From an uncultured virus (IMG/VR IMGVR_UViG_3300045789_000880) (lineage: Duplodnaviria; Heunggongvirae; Uroviricota; Caudoviricetes), in the IMG/VR virus record IMGVR_UViG_3300045789_000880: a stretch of DNA of 64,000 nucleotides. One strand, written 5' to 3'. Each line of letters starts with the position of its first letter. The first letter of the stretch is position 1. Position numbers and translations under genes: made by a program. Positions 1 to 8,667 of this stretch are shown piece after piece. Under the pieces are notes generated by a model. That model had not been told where the DNA came from. It worked only from the letters and a program-made list of their open reading frames with translations, and did no database searches.

Positions 1-699
1 ATGGACTGGAGACAAATAGAAGTTTCAGATAATAATTCTTTTACTCTTAATGGCGAGCTACTTTTTGGGAAAGTTTATGAAGAAGTATTAAAATTTCACA
101 GTCCAGGAATAGCTCCTGTAAAGGATGAAACTGGATGGTACCATATTAATACAAACGGAGTTGAAATATCAAAGAAGCGTTATCAAAGAGCATTTGGTTA
201 TTACTTTAATAAATCAAGTGTTGTTAACGATAGCTTGTGGTTTCATATTGATACAAAAGGAAATCGTTTTTATACTGAAAATTACTCTTGGACAGGCAAT
301 TATCAAGAGAGTGTGTGCTCCGTAAGAAACTTGAATAATGACTATTTTCATATTGATATTAACGGAAACGAGTTATATAAATCAAAATATGTATTCGTAG
401 GGGACTTTAAGGATGGTTGTGCTTGTGTTAGATTAGTAAATGGATTTTACAAGCACATCAATAAACAAGGAGATTTTATAAACAATAAGGAGTTTTTAGA
501 CTTAGGAGTATTTCATAAAAACTTTGCAATTGCAAAAGATAGAAAAGGTTGGTTCCATATTGATAAATTAGGTAATGAATTATACAAGGAACGATATACT
601 ATGATTGAACCTTTTTACAATGGTTTCGCTATTGTAGATAATCTAAAAAATAAAAAACAGATAATTAATGAAAAAGGAATTGTGATATTAAAAATGTAA
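1..699 (+). CDS. WG/KWG-repeat protein (may be 5'-truncated by the window edge)
   Basis: Repeated GWYHIN, LWFHID, YFHID, GWFHID units about 37 aa apart with F-x-x-G-x-A motifs. Confidence 0.7.
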   Translation: MDWRQIEVSDNNSFTLNGELLFGKVYEEVLKFHSPGIAPVKDETGWYHINTNGVEISKKRYQRAFGYYFNKSSVVNDSLWFHIDTKGNRFYTENYSWTGNYQESVCSVRNLNNDYFHIDINGNELYKSKYVFVGDFKDGCACVRLVNGFYKHINKQGDFINNKEFLDLGVFHKNFAIAKDRKGWFHIDKLGNELYKERYTMIEPFYNGFAIVDNLKNKKQIINEKGIVILKM

Positions 700-718
700 A
701 CTTCTCAGGGTACAATAA

Positions 719-1255
719 TTACACAAAAGGATTAACCTCCGCAGGTGTCCCACTAGGATAGCCCCAAGCAACATATTGGGACTTCATATCATCAGTATCA
801 AGATGCACAAAAGTTTTGCCGACACCAATTCGTTTAAAGCCAACATCACGAGCTACAGAAACTAAGTGATTACGGATAAACGTTGTTTGAGCTTTAATAT
901 CTACAGCTTTACACGTAGGGATTTTATGAGAAGAACTGGAAACACCGCCTACTTTTTTGTTGTGTGATGGACTGCGAGCTCCAGAGTTGATCCATTCAAA
1001 AATGGGATATCCTGTTCTGGCTTCCAGTTGCTGAAGCATAAAGATTAATTGCCTATCCATACAATTGCCAGAGCCAGGAAGATCTGGACTATCAAAAACC
1101 GATAAATCGATAGGTCGTTGATTGATTTGTACCACTCGATTTTTAATTGACTTTGTTTTTGATTTTCTGTAAATAACAAAAGCACCTATCATCAAAATTG
1201 ACAAGGTGCCTAATCCAACATAGATATGTTGATTGTTACTTTTTACCACAGCCAC
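719..1255 (-). CDS. Peptidase M15-family peptidoglycan hydrolase with N-terminal TM anchor
   Basis: INSGARSPSHN..VGG..SSH..AVDI..RIGVGKTFVHLD M15 motifs; hydrophobic N-terminus; GTG start. Confidence 0.85.
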   Translation of the reverse strand: MAVVKSNNQHIYVGLGTLSILMIGAFVIYRKSKTKSIKNRVVQINQRPIDLSVFDSPDLPGSGNCMDRQLIFMLQQLEARTGYPIFEWINSGARSPSHNKKVGGVSSSSHKIPTCKAVDIKAQTTFIRNHLVSVARDVGFKRIGVGKTFVHLDTDDMKSQYVAWGYPSGTPAEVNPFV

Positions 1256-1382
1256 AACCTTTTGCTGTTTCTTTACTTTTCTTGTATCTCAAGAATAAAT
1301 CTGAACTTATTTTTACAGCGCTTAGCAGTATAAACGCCCCAAAAATATAGTTCAATGTGTTATTTCCTTTGTCCACGTTCAT
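1236..1382 (-). CDS. 48-aa membrane peptide ending KGCGCGKK (not in ORF track)
   Basis: Hand translation MNVDKGNNTLNYIFGAFILLSAVKISSDLFLRYKKSKETAKGCGCGKK; fills the gap and overlaps both neighbours. Confidence 0.65.
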   Translation of the reverse strand: MNVDKGNNTLNYIFGAFILLSAVKISSDLFLRYKKSKETAKGCGCGKK

Positions 1383-1701
1383 TGTTTTTTTGTTTGTTAT
1401 ATAATTGAATTTCGGCCTCTAATTGCTCGATGTATCTCTCAAGATCTGTTATACGATCCCTTTGTTTGGTAATCGTTTTATTCATCAGCGTGTTCTTACT
1501 CTCCAGTTGTTTCAACCGCTTCTCCATATTCTCAGACCATAGCTTATAGTTTTCTACTACAAGACTATTTGCCTGAACATTGAGATTACGTATTTCAGCG
1601 CTTTTAAGACGTCTTTGCGTCCCATATTGCAATAGCACTTCAATGAGTTTCCAAAACCCAGTAGCGCCAAGTACAATTGCAAGAATTTTAATTAAGTCCA
1701 T
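1360..1701 (-). CDS. N-terminal TM + coiled-coil protein (holin-like, tentative)
   Basis: Hydrophobic first 25 aa then heptad-rich helix; lies beside the M15 peptidase. Confidence 0.55.
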   Translation of the reverse strand: MDLIKILAIVLGATGFWKLIEVLLQYGTQRRLKSAEIRNLNVQANSLVVENYKLWSENMEKRLKQLESKNTLMNKTITKQRDRITDLERYIEQLEAEIQLYNKQKNNERGQRK

Positions 1702-1741
1702 TAGTTTTTAGATTACGCTTTTGCGAAAGCATCATTAAATT

Positions 1742-2272
1742 TTAAAAGGTGCTTGGCACTCGAGTTCGTCTTACTAAGACTGGCTCAGATTCTTCGATTT
1801 CGTCTTTCTCAATAACATCAGGTGGTAGCACAAATATTCCACCAGAAAACGGTCTGAACTTCAATGGAAGCTCAGCCACATACGGATTCACATTAAAGAT
1901 GATTTCATCTTCTGGATCGTTAAAAATGCCACTTACAAATACACGACCGTCGTCATCTATCGCATAGTAAAACGGTTTTCCTTGACGACTCAACAATGTT
2001 CCTGTATGCTCACCTTGTTGGTTTTTATTGATTGGCGCAGGTAGACTTAATTGCCAGCCAGCAATTTCCTTTCTTCCAGACCTTGAACGCAAACGAATGT
2101 CCTTGCCGATTACGATGTTCTCATTAATCACTGCATAAATGTTGCGCCCAGGAGAGTGCAACATATCTGCATTTAATTGATTAGATGGCACACTCAGCTC
2201 ACGCTGAGTGTTTGCTATTAATCCGCCACCTTGTGCTTTTGGCACATTACTTTGATATCCTACTATACTCAT
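1742..2272 (-). CDS. Hypothetical beta-rich protein
   Basis: ORF coupled to upstream gene by TAATG overlap at 2272. Confidence 0.65.
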   Translation of the reverse strand: MSIVGYQSNVPKAQGGGLIANTQRELSVPSNQLNADMLHSPGRNIYAVINENIVIGKDIRLRSRSGRKEIAGWQLSLPAPINKNQQGEHTGTLLSRQGKPFYYAIDDDGRVFVSGIFNDPEDEIIFNVNPYVAELPLKFRPFSGGIFVLPPDVIEKDEIEESEPVLVRRTRVPSTF

Positions 2273-2691
2273 TACTGTGCTATTATTATTCCGGTTAATA
2301 TGAGTAAACCACCGCCAAAAAACCAGCGCTCCAGCTTACCTCTTTTTATTTGTTTGTGCTGTCTCTTAATGGTCAAGTTCAGCTCTTGAATTTGAGATTC
2401 ATCATTATCCTGAATGACAACAAGATTTTCAACCTTACGCTCCAATTTAAAAATGATGGTATCCTTTTTTTGAGTGAGATACTGCCATCTATAATTGCGT
2501 AATTGCAACGTATCAATAATGCTATCTTGATAAAGACTGAACTCTAATCGCTTTGCTAAATACTTTGATTGTGATAAATCAAAACAGAAATATTTCTTAT
2601 TGTTTAAGTCTTGTACTATCGGCTGTAAATCCTGAGAAATACTCGTATAAGTCCAGAGCAGACATCCTATCAATAGTATTAATTTTTTCAT
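2272..2691 (-). CDS. Signal peptide + coiled coil + C-terminal TM (spanin-like, tentative)
   Basis: MKKLILLIGCLLW leader; C-terminal WFFGGGLLILTGIII; overlaps upstream TM/coiled-coil gene. Confidence 0.55.
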   Translation of the reverse strand: MKKLILLIGCLLWTYTSISQDLQPIVQDLNNKKYFCFDLSQSKYLAKRLEFSLYQDSIIDTLQLRNYRWQYLTQKKDTIIFKLERKVENLVVIQDNDESQIQELNLTIKRQHKQIKRGKLERWFFGGGLLILTGIIIAQ

Positions 2692-2947
2692 CTAATGCGT
2701 TTTGTAAATTTTGAATTGTTTTATGGCTTAAAACTATCCTACCAGTTAAGCTATCAGTTTGCTTTTTAAGCTTTTTTATTTCTTCATCAAGGCTTACGTT
2801 TTTAACAGTAAGCAGTTCGTTTTCCTTTTCAAGTTTTTGAATAGTGTCATTGTTCAAAGCTTCCTCTTGCGGAATGATGTAAAAGATGAGCAAGACAAGA
2901 ATCCCTGCAATCCAAAGCACTAATAAAAAAGGTTTCCAAAACTTCAT
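2597..2947 (-). CDS. N-terminal TM + coiled-coil protein (i-spanin-like, tentative)
   Basis: TM residues about 7-26 followed by a long heptad region. Confidence 0.55.
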   Translation of the reverse strand: MKFWKPFLLVLWIAGILVLLIFYIIPQEEALNNDTIQKLEKENELLTVKNVSLDEEIKKLKKQTDSLTGRIVLSHKTIQNLQNALDEKINTIDRMSALDLYEYFSGFTADSTRLKQ

Positions 2948-3270
2948 TTCTCCTTGGGTTTCGTTTGAAATAGTTTGTTTAAAAATTTCTCTAATAAGAG
3001 TTTATGAAACACCAGCGCAAAAGCAAACGATTGCAACAAACATTCAATCATCTTGATTTGATAACCTCGTATGAAGTACAGAGCGACTCCGTAAATAATG
3101 CCGATGATGAGCACACGATAACGTGTCGCTATTTTAAGCTTAAAAACTTCATAAAAGAAGTTAGTTGAGCGGTAATGGTTGAGACCATAGGCAATGACAA
3201 TGAATGTGAAAATGTAAGCCCAATCCAAGCTGTTTAAATAATTGGAGATGTGTGATAAAATTTCTATCAT
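2944..3270 (-). CDS. Three-TM small membrane protein (holin-like)
   Basis: Three hydrophobic segments and a basic C-tail; ATGA overlaps at both ends. Confidence 0.6.
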   Translation of the reverse strand: MIEILSHISNYLNSLDWAYIFTFIVIAYGLNHYRSTNFFYEVFKLKIATRYRVLIIGIIYGVALYFIRGYQIKMIECLLQSFAFALVFHKLLLEKFLNKLFQTKPKEK

Positions 3271-3515
3271 TTAAATTGTGTTTTTAGGGTTTCTTTTATG
3301 CTTTTAATATCTGTTTGCAGTGCTGCTATTTGATGATTTGGAAATAGATTCTTAGTCAAATGTGCCACGACAATTATAGTTGCTCCCGAAGCTAATAGAG
3401 CGAGAACAATCTTGGTTAATGTCTGATTGGTAAGAGTTACGGTAACTTCCGTCTTGATGCCGTCTTTATCTACCAGACCATCTATTAAATCTTTAATGCT
3501 TCGTTTTTCTGGCAT
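3267..3515 (-). CDS. Small single-TM protein
   Basis: IVLALLASGATIIVVA segment; operon coupling. Confidence 0.65.
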   Translation of the reverse strand: MPEKRSIKDLIDGLVDKDGIKTEVTVTLTNQTLTKIVLALLASGATIIVVAHLTKNLFPNHQIAALQTDIKSIKETLKTQFK

Positions 3516-3996
3516 CCTTATGTTGTTTTTTTATTTTGCCCATATTGCGTTCGTTGAAGAGCTGTTCTGATACTTCTTTTACTTTGTAAAGTCTTAAAAC
3601 ACGTTCTTCAGTAATAGCATCAAATTCATCTGTAATTAAGCCCTTAGCAGCACCGTGATTTTTTAAGAGATACACACGAAGTTGATAAACGCGTTCTCCT
3701 TTACTTCCCATTTTTAATGGAAAATCATCATTGGGTTCTGGCAGTACTTCGGGCTTGATGACGATTGCTTTCTTTTCTTTTTCTAAAGGAACTACAGGCT
3801 TCATTTCAACCACAGAAACTTCTTTTTTCTGCGGAATAGGTTTCTCAACTTTTACAGGTTGAGATTCCTCGACGATTGTAAATTCGGCATCCTCAACCGT
3901 TTCTTCTTTATCTCTAAAGAGGACGTAACCCAACAATCCTAATCCCAAAAGCCCACCAGCTATAAGCAATCCTTTTTGCATTGTTTGTTCGCTCAT
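3493..3996 (-). CDS. TM-anchored protein with peptidoglycan-binding-like domain
   Basis: FPLKMGSKGERVYQLRVYL..DEFDAITE resembles PG_binding_1. Confidence 0.65.
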   Translation of the reverse strand: MSEQTMQKGLLIAGGLLGLGLLGYVLFRDKEETVEDAEFTIVEESQPVKVEKPIPQKKEVSVVEMKPVVPLEKEKKAIVIKPEVLPEPNDDFPLKMGSKGERVYQLRVYLLKNHGAAKGLITDEFDAITEERVLRLYKVKEVSEQLFNERNMGKIKKQHKDARKTKH

Positions 3997-4499
3997 TATT
4001 TCCCAAGACTTGACAGCGCTTTTCGCATTCCTGCGATATCGGCTTGAGTGAATACTGTTTTCTTTAATCGCTTTTGTGCAGCTCTCGAGGTTTTAGGACC
4101 GAATTGCCCATCCACACCATTACGTTTTGGTCCCGTTTTGCCTAAATCTTCTTTGTAGATTTTAAGGTAGCGTTGCAATATTTTTACATCAGGATGACGG
4201 CTTCCGTATTTTATGGGATAGCCCGTTTTTGTGATAACTGGTTTCGTACTTGAACTTGATGATGTTGAAGAGCTCGGAATAAAAGGAGGCGTTTGGTAGC
4301 TGGATGAACTACTTGGAACTGTTGTGATTCCTGATGAAGAAGCGCTCGCTAATTCAGCTTCTTTTTTCTCCTTTTTCTTGGTCATAAAATAATACGCGGT
4401 GGCTGCTCCTGCGAGTACCACTATAACACCACCTACCACTAAAAGGTCTTTGTTCTTAGCCATAAATGACGGATTTGTTGCTGTTGATTTCTGTTTCAT
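3996..4499 (-). CDS. TM-anchored protein, Ser-rich linker, peptidoglycan-binding domain
   Basis: YPIKYGSRHPDVKILQRYL..VDGQFGPKTSRA is a PG_binding_1-type signature. Confidence 0.75.
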   Translation of the reverse strand: MKQKSTATNPSFMAKNKDLLVVGGVIVVLAGAATAYYFMTKKKEKKEAELASASSSGITTVPSSSSSYQTPPFIPSSSTSSSSSTKPVITKTGYPIKYGSRHPDVKILQRYLKIYKEDLGKTGPKRNGVDGQFGPKTSRAAQKRLKKTVFTQADIAGMRKALSSLGK

Positions 4500-4508
4500 T
4501 GGTTCGAT

Positions 4509-5030
4509 TTATGATTGATAATTGGGAAGACGTTGCACATAATTTGAGACGTATTCCTTCATTTCGCTTTGGCTCAAAAAGCTATTCAAGTGTTGCCACA
4601 TATCCTTTTTATAGAGTTGATAGTATGCTTTGGAAAGACTGGCGATTTGCGTTTTATCACGCATTTTTTTACCAAAAACATCTTTGATGGCCTCTTCATC
4701 ATCATTAAAAGTGCCTTTCGCATCCTTAATGATATTAGCCAGTTTCTTAGCCGAGGCATCATCCAATACTTGAATACTTTTTGGCGCTACCCATTTCTGA
4801 ACGTCTGTGAGGTAGTTCATATCAAATGGACTGTTCCAGTTCGGCTCTTGCTTGGTGGTTCCTACATTTCCAGTAGTGACTTGCACGCCAGTTCCAATAG
4901 ATGCGGTTGTTGTAGATTGCATTACTTGTTGCTTTGTACGCTTTCGCGAAAGCGTAACAAAAACACCTATCCCGATAACGCCAAGTCCTGCGCCACCTAT
5001 CATCCACCATCCTGTTTTTGAGATTTCCAT
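4509..5030 (-). CDS. TM-anchored annexin-like domain protein
   Basis: AKGTFNDDEEAIKDVF..KTQIASLSKAYYQLYKKDMWQHL resembles an annexin repeat; paralog of 5032..5520. Confidence 0.6.
   Translation of the reverse strand: MEISKTGWWMIGGAGLGVIGIGVFVTLSRKRTKQQVMQSTTTASIGTGVQVTTGNVGTTKQEPNWNSPFDMNYLTDVQKWVAPKSIQVLDDASAKKLANIIKDAKGTFNDDEEAIKDVFGKKMRDKTQIASLSKAYYQLYKKDMWQHLNSFLSQSEMKEYVSNYVQRLPNYQS
4937..4956. repeat. Longest copy of the dispersed palindrome GCTTTCGCGAAAGC
   Basis: TACGCTTTCGCGAAAGCGTA; other perfect 14-mers at 9270, 11110, 26143, 36356, 48550, 61194. Confidence 0.9.
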
Positions 5031-5031
5031 A

Positions 5032-5520
5032 CTATGCTGTTCTGTAATTAGGTAGCGCCTTCACAATGTTGAGCACTATGGTTATTTCTTCCTTGTCAAA
5101 GCGGTCTTTGAGCGTGTCAATCAGGTTTTTTGAATAGGTTTCTTGGTAGGCTTTTGCTACTTGTGACACCTGAACTTTATCTTTCATCTTGCGGAAGACT
5201 CCGTAGACCTGTTCTTCATCATCGCCACCTTGATACCAGCTTCCCCAAGCTTTGTGAATCTGGTCTGCGTAGCGAGAAGCGGTACTTGTTTTTAGTACCA
5301 ATACTTCGCGATTTACTGTTTGCAACACCTTATTCAAAAAATGAATATCAAAAGCATTTTGTGAGGTCAGTCCGCTTGAAATTGGTTGAATCTGCGCTTG
5401 AATGGCAGTCAGTAATTTGCTGGTGCGTAAGTCACGACTGCGCTTTCTCATTGAGAAAAACGTGGTTCCTATAAATAGTGTTCCTACACTGGCGCCTATG
5501 ATTTTATACGTCATACTCAT
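5032..5520 (-). CDS. TM-anchored annexin-like domain protein
   Basis: GGDDEEQVYGVFRKMKDKVQVSQVAKAYQETYSKNLIDTLKDRF. Confidence 0.6.
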   Translation of the reverse strand: MSMTYKIIGASVGTLFIGTTFFSMRKRSRDLRTSKLLTAIQAQIQPISSGLTSQNAFDIHFLNKVLQTVNREVLVLKTSTASRYADQIHKAWGSWYQGGDDEEQVYGVFRKMKDKVQVSQVAKAYQETYSKNLIDTLKDRFDKEEITIVLNIVKALPNYRTA

Positions 5521-5963
5521 TTGCCCAACAGTTTTAAGCCACGACCTGCAGGTGTGAGCATTGCTAAATCTGATACATCTGCATTTTTTGCTGAATTTTT
5601 AAGAAGTACGATAACACCAACTAACACAACCGCAAGTATCACAGGAACACCAATCGATAATACCTTTGTCAAACTTTTCCCCAAACCAAAAATATTTCCA
5701 CCTATTTCAGATAAATCGGCAATGGTTCTGGTTGCCATATTAGAAACATCAAGGTTGTTTTTATTGAGCCATTTGTTAAAGTTGGGACTTGTCGTACAAG
5801 ATGCCGCACCGTTAGATTTCCAAGTAATGAGCCATATCATTTTTGCATTTTCTTGACCTAATTCGCTTTTTAATTTCGTGAAATAGCTTGTCCAGAAGTC
5901 ACAGGGATCGTCTGCTTCTGGAACCAAAAAAATGCGGTTATCTATGTTTACTTGTATCGCCAT
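5517..5963 (-). CDS. Hypothetical membrane protein
   Basis: TM VLSIGVPVILAVVLVGVIVLL; overlaps both neighbours. Confidence 0.65.
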   Translation of the reverse strand: MAIQVNIDNRIFLVPEADDPCDFWTSYFTKLKSELGQENAKMIWLITWKSNGAASCTTSPNFNKWLNKNNLDVSNMATRTIADLSEIGGNIFGLGKSLTKVLSIGVPVILAVVLVGVIVLLKNSAKNADVSDLAMLTPAGRGLKLLGK

Positions 5964-6151
5964 TAATTGCTTCTGAAAATGGTATTACTGTGTTTTTTAC
6001 TATCGGTTTTACTGAAATCGTTTTGTTCTAAAAATTGCTGAAGGCGAGCTTTGAGTTGCGCTTCTTTTCTCAAGGCGGTACGCTTATCATAATTGATATA
6101 CAGCTGCCTTCCCAACCAAAAACCAACGCCTAATGTCAAAATCGTTTTCAT
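5963..6151 (-). CDS. Small hypothetical protein with hydrophobic N-terminus
   Basis: Abuts 6152 and shares a TAATG overlap at 5963. Confidence 0.6.
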   Translation of the reverse strand: MKTILTLGVGFWLGRQLYINYDKRTALRKEAQLKARLQQFLEQNDFSKTDSKKHSNTIFRSN

Positions 6152-6646
6152 CTACTTTCTCTTGTAAATATTATGTTCAGGAATGTCTAATTCTCTGAGC
6201 CATTCTGCTACTTCAAATCCTGGACTATCTTCATCTGCTTTGGCTGGAATTTCTTTAAAACCTGCAATAATGATATCTGGAAAGCGCAGTATATAGAACT
6301 TTACTATCGCTTCAAGTGCCGCTTTTTGTTCATCGGTACGCGTGTCTTTGTCCCAAGCTTCCTTGAGTGTTCTGCCACCTACATAAGCAATGTGTTTGGC
6401 AATTCCCGTGATACCGTTTTGACCGTGAGAAATACCCCATAAATCAGTAGTTGTTGGGCTGTCCTCACTAATAATGATTTGTAAAAGACCATCCTGAAGC
6501 ACGAGGTAGTCGATACCTGGACGATTCCAACCAAAACCGCCTTTATCTTTTGGTAGCGTGTGCTGATTGATAATGATTTCCTTACCGAAGTCTTTAGCTT
6601 CGCTGGTATCTGTACTTTGTATGATGAGATAATCTACTTTTTGCAT
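6152..6646 (-). CDS. T7-lysozyme-like amidase (Amidase_2 fold), apparently catalytically inactive
   Basis: Fold motifs GW..PG, HIAYVGG, DTRTDEQKAAL kept; Zn-ligand positions read Q, F, S. Confidence 0.75.
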   Translation of the reverse strand: MQKVDYLIIQSTDTSEAKDFGKEIIINQHTLPKDKGGFGWNRPGIDYLVLQDGLLQIIISEDSPTTTDLWGISHGQNGITGIAKHIAYVGGRTLKEAWDKDTRTDEQKAALEAIVKFYILRFPDIIIAGFKEIPAKADEDSPGFEVAEWLRELDIPEHNIYKRK

Positions 6647-6656
6647 CTGTTTTGAT

Positions 6657-7094
6657 TTAAAGGTTTATGGCGGATAAGCGTCTAAAGCCCAATAAGCGAT
6701 AGACAGGATATTTCTTGATGTTGACTTGATTGCTCTGATTACCACCCAAGACGTAGATGTATTTTTTGTCTTCGGAATAGCTAATAAAAAGACCTACGTG
6801 ACCTTTCCAACTGGACTTTTTATGACGCCAGAAGATGACCACATCATTAAGTTTTGGTTTGTTGATTTCGGTACCAACTTGCAGCCAAGAACGCGCAGTA
6901 AGTTTATTACTTCGTTCTACTTTCGTCTTGAGCGCTACCCAATTGATAAAGGCAGAACACCAAGCGGTTTCGTCTGTAGAGACCCAAGTATGACCTATTT
7001 CTTTGAAGTAATTGAGAACAATGGGATTATGTTGATAGCCTACAATTTCGGTTACACCGTATTGGCTTAAGGCTATATTAATAAGTTGTGACAT
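6657..7094 (-). CDS. TIGR02594-family (NlpC/P60/CHAP-like) cell-wall peptidase
   Basis: DETAWCSAFINW, ARSW, GHVG, VLGGNQSNQV. Confidence 0.88.
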   Translation of the reverse strand: MSQLINIALSQYGVTEIVGYQHNPIVLNYFKEIGHTWVSTDETAWCSAFINWVALKTKVERSNKLTARSWLQVGTEINKPKLNDVVIFWRHKKSSWKGHVGLFISYSEDKKYIYVLGGNQSNQVNIKKYPVYRLLGFRRLSAINL

Positions 7095-8667
7095 TGGGTG
7101 ACTCGTCTTTAGGGTTATCGAGCCACGATACTGGAATGCCCTTACTCATTTGGACACCAGTAGATATTCTTGATTTTTCGGGAAGCATATTATACATCTC
7201 GATTTGATTGTAATAAATTAAAAAGCTGACTTGCTGTAATGGATTAATTTTAAAACACCAGGTCACGTGTCCATCTATTAAGTTTCCATCAAAGTCAAAT
7301 ACTTCTGAAACATTTGCAAAGTTTTGAGGACTCTGACTATTACTCAACGAGATGGTTTTACAGATTTCGGTACCAGTGACGGACTTTTCAGTAATCTGTA
7401 GTGCATTGATTCTGTCTTCTCCAGAAGCGACCAGCTTGACGTGACCAACCATCGCAGGATTATGCTGGAAGTCTTCACGGTCTTCATAATATTCTTCGTT
7501 TACTGTTACGGTAGGACCAGATTGTAATCCCGAAATGCTAACCGTATCATCTGCAGAGTTGCTCACGCCTATAATTTCTTCCTTAGAACTAATAGCTAAC
7601 CCAAGTCCAAAACTTTCAGTTTTAATTGTATCTATTATTTGATGCTTTGGACTAATTCTACAAAACGTTTGATCGCCTCGATTCCCCACGTACATTAATC
7701 CATTATGCGGATTATAAGCAATAGCTACAGGATCTTTACCTACGCTTAATTTAGTGATGGCTCCAAATCTTACGGTGTCTAAAACCGAAACAGAATTTGA
7801 ATTATTCAGTACCATATACATATTCTTGGTCACTGGATGGAATTGAAACGAAACAATATCTGCCACTACAGAACCTACGCTTCCTTTTTGATTGCCTTGA
7901 AGATCATACACGTTGATGGCGCCATCCACAATATTGTGAATGTATAAATCACCTGAATCTGTATCAACTCCAAGTGTTCTGGCTCCAGGTACTAAAGGCA
8001 AATTATTTACTCTACGATTGATGCAAATTTTAGAGATTGTTCCCGAAACTAAATTTGCTGTATAATAACATTGATCCACTGGATTATAAACGATATCTAC
8101 TGGACGATTCCCAACAGATTCTCTTCGTAAAATTGTAAAGTCTTGATTTATAAAAACGACTTCATTTGAGACTGAGCAAGCTATCGCAACTACTCCGTAT
8201 TCAACACTATTAGTAGATGTATTTACAGCTAAAGCAACTGGACTAACACTGCCTGGAACGCTAAAAATTGTTGAATTAGAAGCTCTTCTTTCTCCAACTC
8301 CATAACCACTTCCAGCTTGAGAAGTACCTTGTGATAAGTCAATAGTCGTAACAAGTTCTCCTGAAGGGTTAACCACCGAGACAGAATCTCCTAATTGATT
8401 CACTACGTAAAATAAGTCTGTAACAAGATTATAGACCAGCTCTTGTGGTTGCTTATCTACGACTACACTTTTTGTGCCTTCTTCATTTATAAACATAGGA
8501 TCAGTAAGCGGTGTGCAAGCAATTGCACCCCAAAGACATACTTTTCTTATGTCCTTAGTATGGTTTGTAACCGTTACTTGTACAACATCATTCTCTTTTT
8601 GAAGTTGCGCGTAGAAACGTTTTAAACTTGCCTGCTTGTCTAACCAAGTATATGTTGCTCTACTCAT
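7078..8667 (-). CDS. YVTN/YncE-type beta-propeller inserted in a domain homologous to 12033..12944 (candidate spike/penton)
   Basis: VGNRPVDIVYNP and VGKDPVAIAYNP blades; flanking segments align with the candidate capsid (shared SPQNF). Confidence 0.75.
   Translation of the reverse strand: MSRATYTWLDKQASLKRFYAQLQKENDVVQVTVTNHTKDIRKVCLWGAIACTPLTDPMFINEEGTKSVVVDKQPQELVYNLVTDLFYVVNQLGDSVSVVNPSGELVTTIDLSQGTSQAGSGYGVGERRASNSTIFSVPGSVSPVALAVNTSTNSVEYGVVAIACSVSNEVVFINQDFTILRRESVGNRPVDIVYNPVDQCYYTANLVSGTISKICINRRVNNLPLVPGARTLGVDTDSGDLYIHNIVDGAINVYDLQGNQKGSVGSVVADIVSFQFHPVTKNMYMVLNNSNSVSVLDTVRFGAITKLSVGKDPVAIAYNPHNGLMYVGNRGDQTFCRISPKHQIIDTIKTESFGLGLAISSKEEIIGVSNSADDTVSISGLQSGPTVTVNEEYYEDREDFQHNPAMVGHVKLVASGEDRINALQITEKSVTGTEICKTISLSNSQSPQNFANVSEVFDFDGNLIDGHVTWCFKINPLQQVSFLIYYNQIEMYNMLPEKSRISTGVQMSKGIPVSWLDNPKDESPNVTTY

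Noticed and set aside
700..718. Left att site of the element
   Set aside because: Plausible boundary between convergent genes, but no matching repeat, tRNA or integrase seen in the window
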